A stretch of 10,260 bases of DNA from a virus, in the UHGV virus genome UHGV-0142786; one strand, given 5' to 3'. Positions 1 to 7,524 of the stretch are shown here, in pieces. How positions within the stretch are numbered: the stretch's first letter is position 1; the number at the start of each line of letters is the position of its first letter. Below the pieces are notes generated by a model, which saw only the letters and a program-made list of their open reading frames with translations, was not told the DNA's origin and ran no database searches. The translations under genes were made by a program, and so were the position numbers.

Positions 1-217
1 TTAAGGCGAGTTTTCGAATCTTAAGTTTATCTTTCTGTTTCTGCTCCTCTCGTCGCCGTTTCTTCTCTGCTGCTTTTTCCGCTTTTTTTCGCTGTTTACT
101 TTGTAGTTCGAGTGCTAACTGAGTTCCGTGTTCCGGGCAGCACCACCACTGATTTGAGAATGCCGGGTGAAACCATTCCTTGCATATTTTGCATTTCCTT
201 CGCGCTGGTTTAGCCAT
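1..217 (-). CDS. ninG: NinG/Rap recombination endonuclease, N-terminal part; gene runs off the left edge of the window
   Basis: Minus-strand ATG at 217..215 overlaps the upstream stop (TAATG). Translation [72 protein letters not shown] matches my recollection of lambda NinG/Rap N-terminus. Not in the ORF track because it is truncated. Confidence 0.75.
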   Translation of the reverse strand, partial: MAKPARRKCKICKEWFHPAFSNQWWCCPEHGTQLALELQSKQRKKAEKAAEKKRRREEQKQKDKLKIRKLAL

Positions 218-939
218 TAAGCAGCCTCCCCTGTTACTTTCAGCATTCCGTTATCGAGCAGCTTTCTGGTCAGCCACTGTTGACCACGCCCGGTGATTTT
301 TGTGGTGAACGATATCTGTATTCCGTGATTTGTGTTGACCGCTGTTTCTTTCACTGTGAAATAGCCGCGATCCATATATTCCTGCATTGGCACATTGCGC
401 CGGGAACCTGAAGCAATAAGGATTTTGTGATCGCGCATCCACGCAAACAGTTTGTTTGGACCAATACCGACAACCTTTGCAAAGTTTCCAATCAAAATTC
501 CGCTGGCCTCGCCAACTCGATCGGCAAACTCAACTTTAGGTGCGGCAATTGCGAGCTGGTTTTCCAGTTGCATTTTCTGCTCAGCAAGATCAGCAGCAAG
601 GCGCAACGCTTCTGGTAGCGTTTTGGGGATATTAACCGCAGCTTCTTCAAGCTCTCGCCAGCGGTCAACAAGGCGAGCGGTGAATTCCGGCGACAACTGG
701 GCAACAACGACAATACTGTCTCGCTTACCTTGTTCGCCTTCGAAGACGTAATGCTCGTACTGAACATTGAACCCTAAGTTATTGATTCTTTCGGAAACCT
801 CAATTTGAGGAAGCCGGATAACACCATTTTTAGCCAGCGTTTCGATGGTACGTTTCACATTGTCATGACGCTTACCCACCAACTCAGCGATTTCAATGCT
901 TGTCATTTTGATGGCATTGCCATTTATTAACTCATTCAT
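217..939 (-). CDS. Phage regulatory protein, Rha family N-terminal domain plus KilA-C/AntA-type antirepressor C-terminal domain (Roi/Ant-like)
   Basis: 240-aa ORF. N-terminal motif [24 protein letters not shown] is typical of the Rha domain; C-terminal [24 protein letters not shown]...GYF is typical of KilA-C. Start ATGAATGA overlaps the ninF stop. Confidence 0.8.
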   Translation of the reverse strand: MNELINGNAIKMTSIEIAELVGKRHDNVKRTIETLAKNGVIRLPQIEVSERINNLGFNVQYEHYVFEGEQGKRDSIVVVAQLSPEFTARLVDRWRELEEAAVNIPKTLPEALRLAADLAEQKMQLENQLAIAAPKVEFADRVGEASGILIGNFAKVVGIGPNKLFAWMRDHKILIASGSRRNVPMQEYMDRGYFTVKETAVNTNHGIQISFTTKITGRGQQWLTRKLLDNGMLKVTGEAA

Positions 940-1108
940 CGTCTTCTTCCTCGTACATTGAGCTATTCGGATCGCTCATCAGTTCTGCGCAGCAGTGCTC
1001 ACACACGTGAACTTCCAGCACATGCAGCTTTTGACCGCAGTTAGCGCACGTTAAAGCCCGCTCGACGCTTTCTTTCTGGTATTGAAGGGATTGGGATGGG
1101 CTAAGCAT
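932..1108 (-). CDS. ninF: NinF-like small zinc-binding protein (58 aa)
   Basis: Hand translation [58 protein letters not shown] with CxxC...HxxC...C cysteines; matches my recollection of lambda NinF. Below the ORF-track size cutoff. Start overlaps the stop of the upstream ORF. Confidence 0.65.
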   Translation of the reverse strand: MLSPSQSLQYQKESVERALTCANCGQKLHVLEVHVCEHCCAELMSDPNSSMYEEEDDE

Positions 1109-1466
1109 TATTGGCGTCCTGCATCATGAGAAAGACAATCATGGCGGCGCGGAGTGGGTTTTCATCTTGAGTCATATGATATGGGGTACTATCACTGCCA
1201 ACTTTTCTATGCGCTGCCTTCCATAATCCATTTTCTGGCGCTGGAATAATGCCAATTCTGTTCTCTACGATAATCGGCTCTGCGTCTGATGGGCTTTTAC
1301 AGTAATCAACCGTTTTTATTGCATAACCAGTTTCGTCATCCCACTCAACACCAACGATTGATGTTCCCAACTTTGCGATTTCGCAATCTTCGGGAGCAAA
1401 TCCACAGCAAATTGCCACTCGCTTGTTAATTTCAAAATCACTTAACTGTGAATAATCCATTGTCAT
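1101..1466 (-). CDS. Hypothetical nin-region protein (about 120 aa) between ninE and ninF, in the position of P22 NinX
   Basis: ORF 1101..1502 in the track begins in an overlap with ninE. Likely start is the ATG at 1466 (ATGA overlap with the ninE stop) or the ATG at 1460, which has better spacing to a GAGGAA Shine-Dalgarno. No recognised catalytic motif. Confidence 0.55.
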   Translation of the reverse strand: MTMDYSQLSDFEINKRVAICCGFAPEDCEIAKLGTSIVGVEWDDETGYAIKTVDYCKSPSDAEPIIVENRIGIIPAPENGLWKAAHRKVGSDSTPYHMTQDENPLRAAMIVFLMMQDANNA

Positions 1467-1639
1467 TTCCTCGCACGATGTCTTAACCACCGGATATCCC
1501 ACAGGTGAGCCGTGTAGTTGAAGGTTTTTACGTCAGATTCTTTTGGGATTGGCTTGGGTTTATTTCTGGTGCGTTTCGTTGGAAGGTATTTGCAGTTTTC
1601 GCAGATTATGTCGGTGATACTTCGTCGCTGTCTCGCCAC
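1463..1639 (-). CDS. ninE: NinE-like small protein (58 aa), probable GTG start
   Basis: Hand translation (M)[57 protein letters not shown] resembles my recollection of lambda NinE. Start codon uncertain: GTG at 1639 preceded by AAGGAGG. Overlaps the ninD 3' end in another frame; stop TGA overlaps the next start. Confidence 0.5.
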   Translation of the reverse strand: MARQRRSITDIICENCKYLPTKRTRNKPKPIPKESDVKTFNYTAHLWDIRWLRHRARK

Positions 1640-1779
1640 ACGTCCTCCTTTTCCTGCGGTAGTGGTAACACCCCTGTTGGTGTTCTTTCACACCGGAGAC
1701 ACCATCGATTCCAGTAAGGTTGATTTGGTCGGAAGCGGTTATCTTCTTTGCATTCACCGCACCGATAACATCGCATCAT
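1606..1779 (-). CDS. ninD: NinD-like small zinc-ribbon protein (57 aa)
   Basis: Hand translation [57 protein letters not shown] with two CxxC pairs. Length equals lambda NinD (orf57) and the ATGA overlap with the ninC stop is as in lambda. Confidence 0.6.
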   Translation of the reverse strand: MMRCYRCGECKEDNRFRPNQPYWNRWCLRCERTPTGVLPLPQEKEDVWRDSDEVSPT

Positions 1780-2648
1780 GCAGCTTCCCTCCCGAAGTCG
1801 AAATCAAGCTGCCCTCCAAATATTTCGCATGACTCAGAACAAGAGCCGGTATCGAATCTTTTAGCTCGTACCATGTCCTGATACAGGGCTTGATAATCAT
1901 TTTCTGAATACATTTTCGCGATACCGTCCAGCGACATTCTTCCTCGGTACATAATCTCCTTTGGCGTTTCCCGATGTCCGTCACGCACATGGGATCCCGT
2001 GATGACCTCATTAAAAACACGCTGCAATCCCTCCTCATCTTTGCAGGCAAGTCCGATTTTTTGCGTTGATTTTTTAATGCAGAATATGCAGTTACCGAGA
2101 TGTTCCGGTATTTGCAAATCGAATGGTTGTTGCTTCCACCATGCGAGGATATCTTCCTTCTCAAAGTCTGACAGTTCAGCAAGATATCTGATTCCAGGCT
2201 TTGGCTTTAGCCGCTTCGGTTCATCAGCTCTGATGCCAATCCACGTGGTGTAATTCCCTCGCCCGAAATGGTCATCACAGTATTTGGTGAAGGGAACGAG
2301 TTTTAATCTGTCAGTGCAGAACGCGCCGCCGACGTATGGAGTGCCATATTTCTTTACCATATCGATAAATGGCTTCAGAACAGGCATTCGCGTCTGAATA
2401 TCCTTTGGTTCCCATACCGTATAACCATTTGGCTGTCCAAGCTCCGGGTTGATATCAACCTGCAATACGGTGAGCGGTATATCCCAGAACTTCACAACTT
2501 CCCTGACAAACCGATATGTCATTGGATGTTCACAACCTGTATCCATGAAAACGTAATACACGTCTTCACCTGCCTGTCGCTTTTGCTCCATTAGCCAGAG
2601 TAAATATGCTGACGTCCTGCCACCTGAGAAACTAACGACATTTATCAT
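1776..2648 (-). CDS. ninC: NinC, PAPS-reductase-like family protein (290 aa)
   Basis: Track ORF 1776..2666. True start taken as [17 protein letters not shown] (ATG 2648..2646), which overlaps the HNH stop as [12 protein letters not shown] resembles the PAPS-reductase/ATP-PPase P-loop. Near-identical to my recollection of lambda NinC. Confidence 0.85.
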   Translation of the reverse strand: MINVVSFSGGRTSAYLLWLMEQKRQAGEDVYYVFMDTGCEHPMTYRFVREVVKFWDIPLTVLQVDINPELGQPNGYTVWEPKDIQTRMPVLKPFIDMVKKYGTPYVGGAFCTDRLKLVPFTKYCDDHFGRGNYTTWIGIRADEPKRLKPKPGIRYLAELSDFEKEDILAWWKQQPFDLQIPEHLGNCIFCIKKSTQKIGLACKDEEGLQRVFNEVITGSHVRDGHRETPKEIMYRGRMSLDGIAKMYSENDYQALYQDMVRAKRFDTGSCSESCEIFGGQLDFDFGREAA

Positions 2649-3247
2649 GCAGCCCTGTCTCCCCATCTTGCTTTCATTGTTTCATTTGCAAATCGCCAGA
2701 ATCTTCCTTTGTGATATGAGCTTTCGCCATTACAGCAACGACTAATTGACGAACTATCAAATCCTTCTCTGACAGCATCCATAGCTGCTTCATAATAAAC
2801 CTCCTCACCAGTTTTCATGTCAGTAGAAATAACAGCTTTACTGGCAGGATGATCACCGCTAAATTTACCTAGCGATATAGGTATTCTTCCATTTTGTTTA
2901 TATCCGTGCTTTGAGTTTTCAGAATGTGATACCCATTCAAGGTTTTCAGCCCTATTGTCATCTCTTTGCCCATTTTTGTGATTAACTACCAAGCCATCAC
3001 AGAACCCTGTACAGAATGCTTTCGCAACTATCCTGTGGGCGCTGTATTTCTTACCGTATACCTTTATTTGAAGATATCCTGTCGACTTGCACTTGAATGG
3101 TTTTACGCTAGTGCCATTAATTATTTTCTTATATGGCCTCTGTCTGGTTGATGTTACTGTAACTTCCCTCGTAATAGACCTGAAATTTCCTTTATTGCTA
3201 ACCTGATAAAATGGAATCCCTTCGATATCTACCCAAACCTCAATCAT
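2645..3247 (-). CDS. HNH homing endonuclease (NUMOD4 + HNH_3 type), inserted at the 3' end of ninB
   Basis: 200-aa ORF. N-terminal EVWVDIEGIPFYQVSNKGNFRS resembles NUMOD4; HKNGQRDDNRAENLEWVSHSENSKHG is an HNH_3 motif. Own GGAGG Shine-Dalgarno. The last 9 residues KARWGDRAA equal the lambda NinB C-terminus. Confidence 0.85.
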   Translation of the reverse strand: MIEVWVDIEGIPFYQVSNKGNFRSITREVTVTSTRQRPYKKIINGTSVKPFKCKSTGYLQIKVYGKKYSAHRIVAKAFCTGFCDGLVVNHKNGQRDDNRAENLEWVSHSENSKHGYKQNGRIPISLGKFSGDHPASKAVISTDMKTGEEVYYEAAMDAVREGFDSSSISRCCNGESSYHKGRFWRFANETMKARWGDRAA

Positions 3248-3656
3248 AATTCCTCCATTCGCTAAGATGAATTGAGTTCATGGCACAATATGCTTCTATG
3301 TAGTCCATTATTTCGGATATTTTTTTTACAGATAGAGTCGCCGTACTCTCTCTGATGTTTATTAGCTCACCTTCTAACCCTGATATAATCTCAGGGTGCT
3401 GGTTGGTTGCAATTTGCCAACCAGAAACGAATAACCCCTTCCAAAACTCAATATTTCTTTCTTTTCCATGATATGTGGCCTTCTTACTTATTTCAGATAG
3501 CATCGCGTGAAGGCGTGCATTTTGCCGAATGCTGCGGTTGCGTTCCTGAATGGTTACTACGATTGGTTTGGTTGGGTCTGGAAGAATTTGCTGCACCGCG
3601 TGAATAGCGTTTTGCTGATGTGCTGGAGATCGAATTTCAAAGGTTAGTTTTTTCAT
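3240..3656 (-). CDS. ninB: NinB (Orf-family recombination mediator), mosaic and C-terminally altered
   Basis: Track ORF 3240..3674 starts at a TTG; the ATG at 3656 gives MKKLTFEIRSPAHQQNAIHAVQQILPDPTKPIVVTIQERNRS, identical to the lambda NinB N-terminus as I recall it. The rest is divergent but collinear, and it ends ...LSEWRNYD instead of ...[14 protein letters not shown]. Confidence 0.8.
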   Translation of the reverse strand: MKKLTFEIRSPAHQQNAIHAVQQILPDPTKPIVVTIQERNRSIRQNARLHAMLSEISKKATYHGKERNIEFWKGLFVSGWQIATNQHPEIISGLEGELINIRESTATLSVKKISEIMDYIEAYCAMNSIHLSEWRNYD

Positions 3657-3671
3657 GACTTCCCTCTCCCC

Positions 3672-3704
3672 CAAATAAAAAGGCCTGCGATTACCAGCAG
3701 GCCT
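3672..3704 (-). terminator. Rho-independent terminator on the minus strand between the replication genes and the nin region (tR2 analogue)
   Basis: Stem AGGCCTGC (3681-3688) / GCAGGCCT (3697-3704) with an 8-nt loop; on the minus strand it is followed by TTTTATTTG (rc of 3672-3680). Lies 30 nt downstream of the primase-helicase stop. Confidence 0.65.
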
Positions 3705-3733
3705 GTTATTAGCTCAGTGATGTAGATGGTCAT

Positions 3734-5614
3734 TTAATACTCCGTCACGTTTTCCTGTCGCCACGCCTCGTCATATTCCGATTTCGGCATATTGGCGATG
3801 TAGCTATATGGCGATCCTGATTCAAGTTGCAGGAACTGGTGCGATTGCTCATCAAGGAACAACGGGACGCCACCTTCCCAACCTTCGCCGTTACGTTGTT
3901 TTTCAAGCATCAAAACAGATGCCGGAGACGCCAGTACCTGTTCGTCCTTCTCTGACATCTTTTCACCACTCTGAACTCTCTGTAACGCTCTCTCGCGAGC
4001 CTTGTTACGCCAGATGATGAAAAGGTTGTCTGTCAGGTCTGTTATCGCTCCAGAGCCTTTTACGTCCATTTTCCCGGTTGGTTTTTCTTCGCTGTCTCCT
4101 TTTCTGGAGTGAGTAACGAGAATGACGTGGGAGTTTGTTTTGTTTTTGAAGTCACAAATCGAGTCAACAAATGCTTTCTGCCCGTTATAGTCATCGTCAC
4201 CTATGCCGCATTTCATCAGGCTGTCGATGATGAATAACTGGATCCCGTATCGGCGGCGAGCGTAGTCGAATATTTCGATCAGCCTGTCGGCTTTCGCCGT
4301 TCCGGTCAGGCCAAACACCCAAAGTCTTTCGTCATAAAATTTAAATGCAGAGTCAATTTCCAGCACTGGCGGCATCTTGCAGCACGTCGCCTGACGGGTA
4401 AGGCGCTTAAGGAGAATACCAGGCTTCAGCTCAAGTGACGCGATGCACGTCTTCACACCCTGACGCATTGCCTCAAGTGCCATATGCCCGACAACCTCCG
4501 TTTTTCCGTGACCGTTCACACCATTGACCAGCGTCAACTCTGCCTCACGGAACTGGAATTTATCTGCCAGAGATTCCCACGGTGGATTAAACAGATACTG
4601 CTGCTTGCCGTAGAAAGCGTTGATAGTGTCCTGGTAAAACTCTCGCGCGCTGTAGAGTTCTTCAGGGTCGAAGTAGGATGCCGTGCCGATGTACTGCCAG
4701 ATTTCATCCTCGGTAACACCGTTCATCAGGCATTCGTTGATGTCTTTGTACGGCAGAGTAACAAGACGGCAACGATGTTCACCGAGTCGGCTTGCGATTT
4801 CCCTTGCGGCTTCACGACCAACATCATCAACGTCCATCGAGATGAATATTTCCTCAAACCTGTCGAGATTGTGATACTCAAACTCAATCCACTGCTGCTT
4901 AGCGCCTTTCCCGCCACCAAACGGCACGGATAACGCCGAGATGCCGTATTGCGCATAGCTCATACAATCAATTTCGCCTTCGCAAAGTACAACCGCCCTC
5001 ACGCCAGCGTCCAGAGCCTGCCATCCGAACAGACAAGGTTCGCAATCACCTTCTGCCATAATGACTTTCTTCCCGTCCGGGCGCTCAGTGCTGATTCGCT
5101 TGACCTGCAACAACTCACCATCGCGTTTGTACGGAATCACCAGAGCATCCAGTTCCCGCTCTCCATTCCACACCTTGCCGCTGACAACCTCGTAGCGCTT
5201 TACGACTTCTGGCGATATGCCACGCGATTGCAGGTACTCAAGATGGGATTCTGTTCTGGTAACGTAGCGGGCGATTTTCTTGCGATCAGGTCTGGAGAAT
5301 TTCTTCTCACGTTTGGCATCGAAATGGTGATCGTCATCCTTGATACCGAGAAATGCTTTCGCTTCCTGCATAGCCTGATGCAGGTTAATTCCACGACATG
5401 CCATCCACAAATCAAGCATGTCACCGCCGTCTCCCTCAGCGAAATCAGCCCATTTTTTCTTTCCGCTAAGGTTGACCTTAAGGCTGTTTCCCTTGTCACC
5501 GTTGACGTTACCGGCAACCCACTCATGCCCCTCTTTCTTGCCGTTTGGCAACAGGTGCGGAGCCACCCTGTCAACCTGCGCCCAAAGCAGGTCGCTAAGT
5601 TCACTTGGCCTCAT
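3734..5614 (-). CDS. Bifunctional DNA primase/helicase (TOPRIM domain plus RecA-fold DnaB/T7-gp4-like helicase), 626 aa
   Basis: TOPRIM-like acidic motifs VVLCEGEIDCMSYAQ and ISMDVDDVG; Walker A GVNGHGKTE; Walker B-like LFIIDSL. Occupies the lambda P position downstream of the O-like gene. GAGGG Shine-Dalgarno 5 nt upstream. Confidence 0.8.
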   Translation of the reverse strand: MRPSELSDLLWAQVDRVAPHLLPNGKKEGHEWVAGNVNGDKGNSLKVNLSGKKKWADFAEGDGGDMLDLWMACRGINLHQAMQEAKAFLGIKDDDHHFDAKREKKFSRPDRKKIARYVTRTESHLEYLQSRGISPEVVKRYEVVSGKVWNGERELDALVIPYKRDGELLQVKRISTERPDGKKVIMAEGDCEPCLFGWQALDAGVRAVVLCEGEIDCMSYAQYGISALSVPFGGGKGAKQQWIEFEYHNLDRFEEIFISMDVDDVGREAAREIASRLGEHRCRLVTLPYKDINECLMNGVTEDEIWQYIGTASYFDPEELYSAREFYQDTINAFYGKQQYLFNPPWESLADKFQFREAELTLVNGVNGHGKTEVVGHMALEAMRQGVKTCIASLELKPGILLKRLTRQATCCKMPPVLEIDSAFKFYDERLWVFGLTGTAKADRLIEIFDYARRRYGIQLFIIDSLMKCGIGDDDYNGQKAFVDSICDFKNKTNSHVILVTHSRKGDSEEKPTGKMDVKGSGAITDLTDNLFIIWRNKARERALQRVQSGEKMSEKDEQVLASPASVLMLEKQRNGEGWEGGVPLFLDEQSHQFLQLESGSPYSYIANMPKSEYDEAWRQENVTEY

Positions 5615-5718
5615 GATTCCCTCAGATTGAGATTTTTAAACCAGAAATCGACAAACGAAATACTTAACCAGCCGTGGTTATAACCAGCGACCAGTAGCGA
5701 TTTGATTTTTGATTTCAT
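5611..5718 (-). CDS. Candidate small ORF (35 aa) between the O-like gene and the primase-helicase
   Basis: Hand translation MKSKIKSLLVAGYNHGWLSISFVDFWFKNLNLRES. AGGTGA Shine-Dalgarno upstream; stop TGA overlaps the primase ATG (ATGA). Too short for the ORF track; no homology recognised. Confidence 0.3.
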   Translation of the reverse strand: MKSKIKSLLVAGYNHGWLSISFVDFWFKNLNLRES

Positions 5719-5721
5719 GGT

Positions 5722-6582
5722 TCACCTGTCGAAAAACACGTAGCCAGTTTTCGATACGGTGATTGCGGATGATGGTTTGGATTGTGGTTGAATGGTTTCT
5801 GGCTTTTCGTCGTTCCAGCGCTGACCGTTCAGGTAGCTCGATGGTAATAACCTGTCGAATCCGAACTGCTTACCATTCCTGCATGCGATGTCTTCTGCCA
5901 GCATCGTGGCAAACTCGCTTGCCGTACCCCTGGTAGTTTTACGCCATTCCCTGAACTGTGTTCTGAATGCCGAAGCTGCGTTTTTCTTCCCGGCCTTCCG
6001 CATGCCTGCACACCAGAATATTTCCTCGAATGCCTTGTCGGTTTCTTCGTGACGGTCAGGTGATTTTTCACACTCCGTCCGAACACTTTCGGACATAGTG
6101 TTTTTATTATTTCTTTTTTCTTTTGTAATAGTTTCTTTTGTGTGTCCCTGTTTTGGTGACAGCGCTGTCACCGTTTTGGTGACACTTTTTGTCACCAATG
6201 CAGTGACATTATCACCAGAGTAGTGACACCCTTCGATTTGCCATTCCTCGATGTTCTTGTTAGGCCCGATTTGCTGGCCTTCGCGAAGGATAACCTTCAT
6301 CGCGATAAGCTCATTCTTGGCCTTGTTTACCTTCTGTCTTGGCAGCCTGGTAATTTGAGCTAACTGACTATCAGAGATGCGATCCATCTTTTTACCGTAG
6401 CCGTATGTTTTACGGCATATGGCGTGGGCAACCTTGCTCTGATTTTTCGTTAAATCTGCGCCGATAAGCTCTTCATACAGGGCATTTGCAAGACGGGTAT
6501 AACCATCTTCAACTTCTGCCACACGACGCTCCACAGGCCGTTGTGAAGGCCTTAAATGTGTTACGGTTGCAAGATTACTCAT
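5722..6582 (-). CDS. Replication initiator with lambda-O-like N-terminal iteron-binding domain and a non-lambda C-terminal domain
   Basis: 286-aa [94 protein letters not shown] aligns with my recollection of the lambda O N-terminal domain. Iterons and an AT-rich tract lie inside the gene, as in ori-lambda. Confidence 0.85.
   Translation of the reverse strand: MSNLATVTHLRPSQRPVERRVAEVEDGYTRLANALYEELIGADLTKNQSKVAHAICRKTYGYGKKMDRISDSQLAQITRLPRQKVNKAKNELIAMKVILREGQQIGPNKNIEEWQIEGCHYSGDNVTALVTKSVTKTVTALSPKQGHTKETITKEKRNNKNTMSESVRTECEKSPDRHEETDKAFEEIFWCAGMRKAGKKNAASAFRTQFREWRKTTRGTASEFATMLAEDIACRNGKQFGFDRLLPSSYLNGQRWNDEKPETIQPQSKPSSAITVSKTGYVFFDR
6093..6230. repeat. Candidate replication origin inside the O-like gene: four GTGACA-type iterons plus an adjacent AT-rich tract
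   Basis: Perfect 18-bp palindrome GGTGACAGCGCTGTCACC (6155-6172); GGTGACACTTTTTGTCACC (6178-6196); GTGACATTATCACC (6204-6216); GTGACAC (6223-6229). AT-rich tract at about 6093-6150. In gene orientation: iterons first, then AT-rich, as in ori-lambda. Confidence 0.65.
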
Positions 6583-6721
6583 GACCTTTATCCTTCTGCA
6601 TCAGCTTCACTTTTTCCAACTCAGCCCGGAATCGACCAGGCTGCCTGAAGCTGGACAGGAAGCGATCACGTAGTATGTGTTTGTGAATTTTGTCCTGGTA
6701 AGGACTGAGTTGTTTTGTCAT
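6575..6721 (-). CDS. Candidate small basic ORF (48 aa) between cII and the O-like gene
   Basis: Hand translation [48 protein letters not shown]. Strong AGGAG Shine-Dalgarno 5 nt upstream of ATG 6721; 3' end overlaps the O-like start. Lambda has no gene in this position. Confidence 0.4.
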   Translation of the reverse strand: MTKQLSPYQDKIHKHILRDRFLSSFRQPGRFRAELEKVKLMQKDKGHE

Positions 6722-6753
6722 AATGACTCCTGTTGATAGATCCAGTAATTCCC

Positions 6754-7050
6754 TCAGAATTGCATATCAATTTGCTTAAAATCCTCGGTGGCGGCCGGGG
6801 ATTTTTTCTTTGTGAGTCCATCAAGCGCATACTTAAAAGCCCTGCTAATCGGACTGATGTCTGATGCCATTCCGAAAGCACACAAGACCGAAGCAATAAA
6901 TCTCCAGTCCGTTCTGCTTATCTTCGATTCATGACAGCCAATCATCTTTGCCAGACCGCGCTGGGTAAGCGTTGACAGGTTGATGAGTAAATCAGTTTCA
7001 GCGCGATCAATTTCTCGCTGTGTTGGCTTGCTGTAACTTGTTTGTGCCAT
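6754..7050 (-). CDS. cII: CII-like transcriptional activator (98 aa)
   Basis: C-terminus [19 protein letters not shown] against lambda CII TNKKRPAATERSEQIQMEF; central [11 protein letters not shown] against lambda SQISRWKRDW. Lies between cro and the replication genes. Confidence 0.8.
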   Translation of the reverse strand: MAQTSYSKPTQREIDRAETDLLINLSTLTQRGLAKMIGCHESKISRTDWRFIASVLCAFGMASDISPISRAFKYALDGLTKKKSPAATEDFKQIDMQF

Positions 7051-7135
7051 TTCTTAATATTTCCAATAGTGAATAGTTAGTTGAAAGGTATGCGTGGAAA
7101 CGCATATGGCCTTAGTTGGTCAGATATCTTGGGAC

Positions 7136-7181
7136 TCGCTTTTCAGCGACGTAGGACGAATGTCCGTTATTACAAAGAGCG
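7136..7181 (-). promoter_or_regulatory. nutR candidate: boxA-like CGCTCTTTG and boxB-like hairpin UCGCUGAAAAGCGA, 23 nt apart
   Basis: On the minus strand, boxA at 7181..7173 starts 11 nt after the cro stop; boxB hairpin at 7149..7136. Same architecture and spacing as the nutL candidate upstream of N. Confidence 0.55.
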
Positions 7182-7191
7182 GCTCCGCTTA

Positions 7192-7407
7192 TTAAGCAGC
7201 TTTGTGCTCCGGCGGGAACACATCATCAAGACTTACTTTTGCGCCTAACTTGTTTAGACACGCAACAAGAGCACGGCATGTTTTAAGGTCTGGGAAGCGA
7301 CGACCAGATTCCCAATGTCCGATAGCTCCCTGTGTGCATCCAACTGCCTTAGCAAGTGTTGTTTGAGAGATATTCAGTGACTCTCGATATTTTCGTAGGT
7401 TGCTCAT
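7192..7407 (-). CDS. cro: Cro-like HTH repressor (71 aa)
   Basis: Small HTH protein ([23 protein letters not shown]) transcribed divergently from cI, with a GGAGG Shine-Dalgarno. Confidence 0.8.
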   Translation of the reverse strand: MSNLRKYRESLNISQTTLAKAVGCTQGAIGHWESGRRFPDLKTCRALVACLNKLGAKVSLDDVFPPEHKAA

Positions 7408-7524
7408 ATGCCCTCCATAGTAACCACAAATAAAAAATACAATATGTACTCATTAAACACAAGCAAAAAATACACATTGTGCATGGATGGTTCCAGTACA
7501 AAGCGTAATAATAAGGACATGAAA
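7408..7524. promoter_or_regulatory. Divergent cro/cI control region (OR with PR and PRM)
   Basis: 117-bp gap between the divergent cro and cI starts. Two similar sites: AAAAAATACAATATGTAC (7433-7450) and AAAAAATACACATTGTGC (7465-7482), the second holding the palindrome CACATTGTG. Exact -10/-35 boxes not resolved. Confidence 0.55.

Noticed and set aside
251-767. Short ORFs 251..442 (-), 427..618 (+), 452..751 (+), 492..767 (-) overlapping the Rha/KilA-C gene
   Set aside because: Alternate-frame or antisense ORFs inside a CDS with recognisable domain motifs; low-complexity translations.
1505-2253. ORFs 1505..1717 (+), 1518..1832 (+), 1560..1757 (-), 1754..2182 (-), 1999..2253 (+)
   Set aside because: They overlap ninC, ninD or ninE, which have homology and coupling support; the real small genes here are ninD and ninE in other frames.
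2966-3607. Plus-strand ORFs 2966..3151 and 3407..3607
   Set aside because: Antisense to the HNH and ninB CDSs, with no translation signals.
4949-5683. 244-aa plus-strand ORF, plus other antisense ORFs inside the primase-helicase gene (3808..4017, 4484..4933, 4534..4719, 4683..4874, 4726..4956, 5200..5604, 5418..5630)
   Set aside because: They lie within a well-supported 626-aa minus-strand CDS with clear TOPRIM and Walker motifs; no Shine-Dalgarno or recognisable motifs. Judged spurious ORFs in GC-rich coding sequence.
5829-6086. 85-aa minus-strand ORF inside the O-like gene
   Set aside because: Alternate frame of the O-like CDS.
6093-6230. Possibility that the GTGACA repeats are a CRISPR array or a transposon end
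   Set aside because: The repeats are short palindromic iterons with irregular 19-25 bp spacing inside a reading frame and next to an AT-rich tract, which is the ori-lambda architecture; there are no regular repeat-spacer units and no cas or transposase genes.
6666-6896. 76-aa minus-strand ORF spanning the cII 3' end and the downstream intergenic region
   Set aside because: Overlaps cII in another frame; the 48-aa ORF with a strong Shine-Dalgarno at 6575..6721 is the better candidate for this interval.
7408-7524. N-terminal extension of cI back to 7408 (track ORF 7408..8178)
   Set aside because: It would place the cI start directly against the divergent cro start with no room for PR, PRM or operators; the extension is low-complexity and operator-like DNA. 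Start reassigned to 7525 (or 7519).
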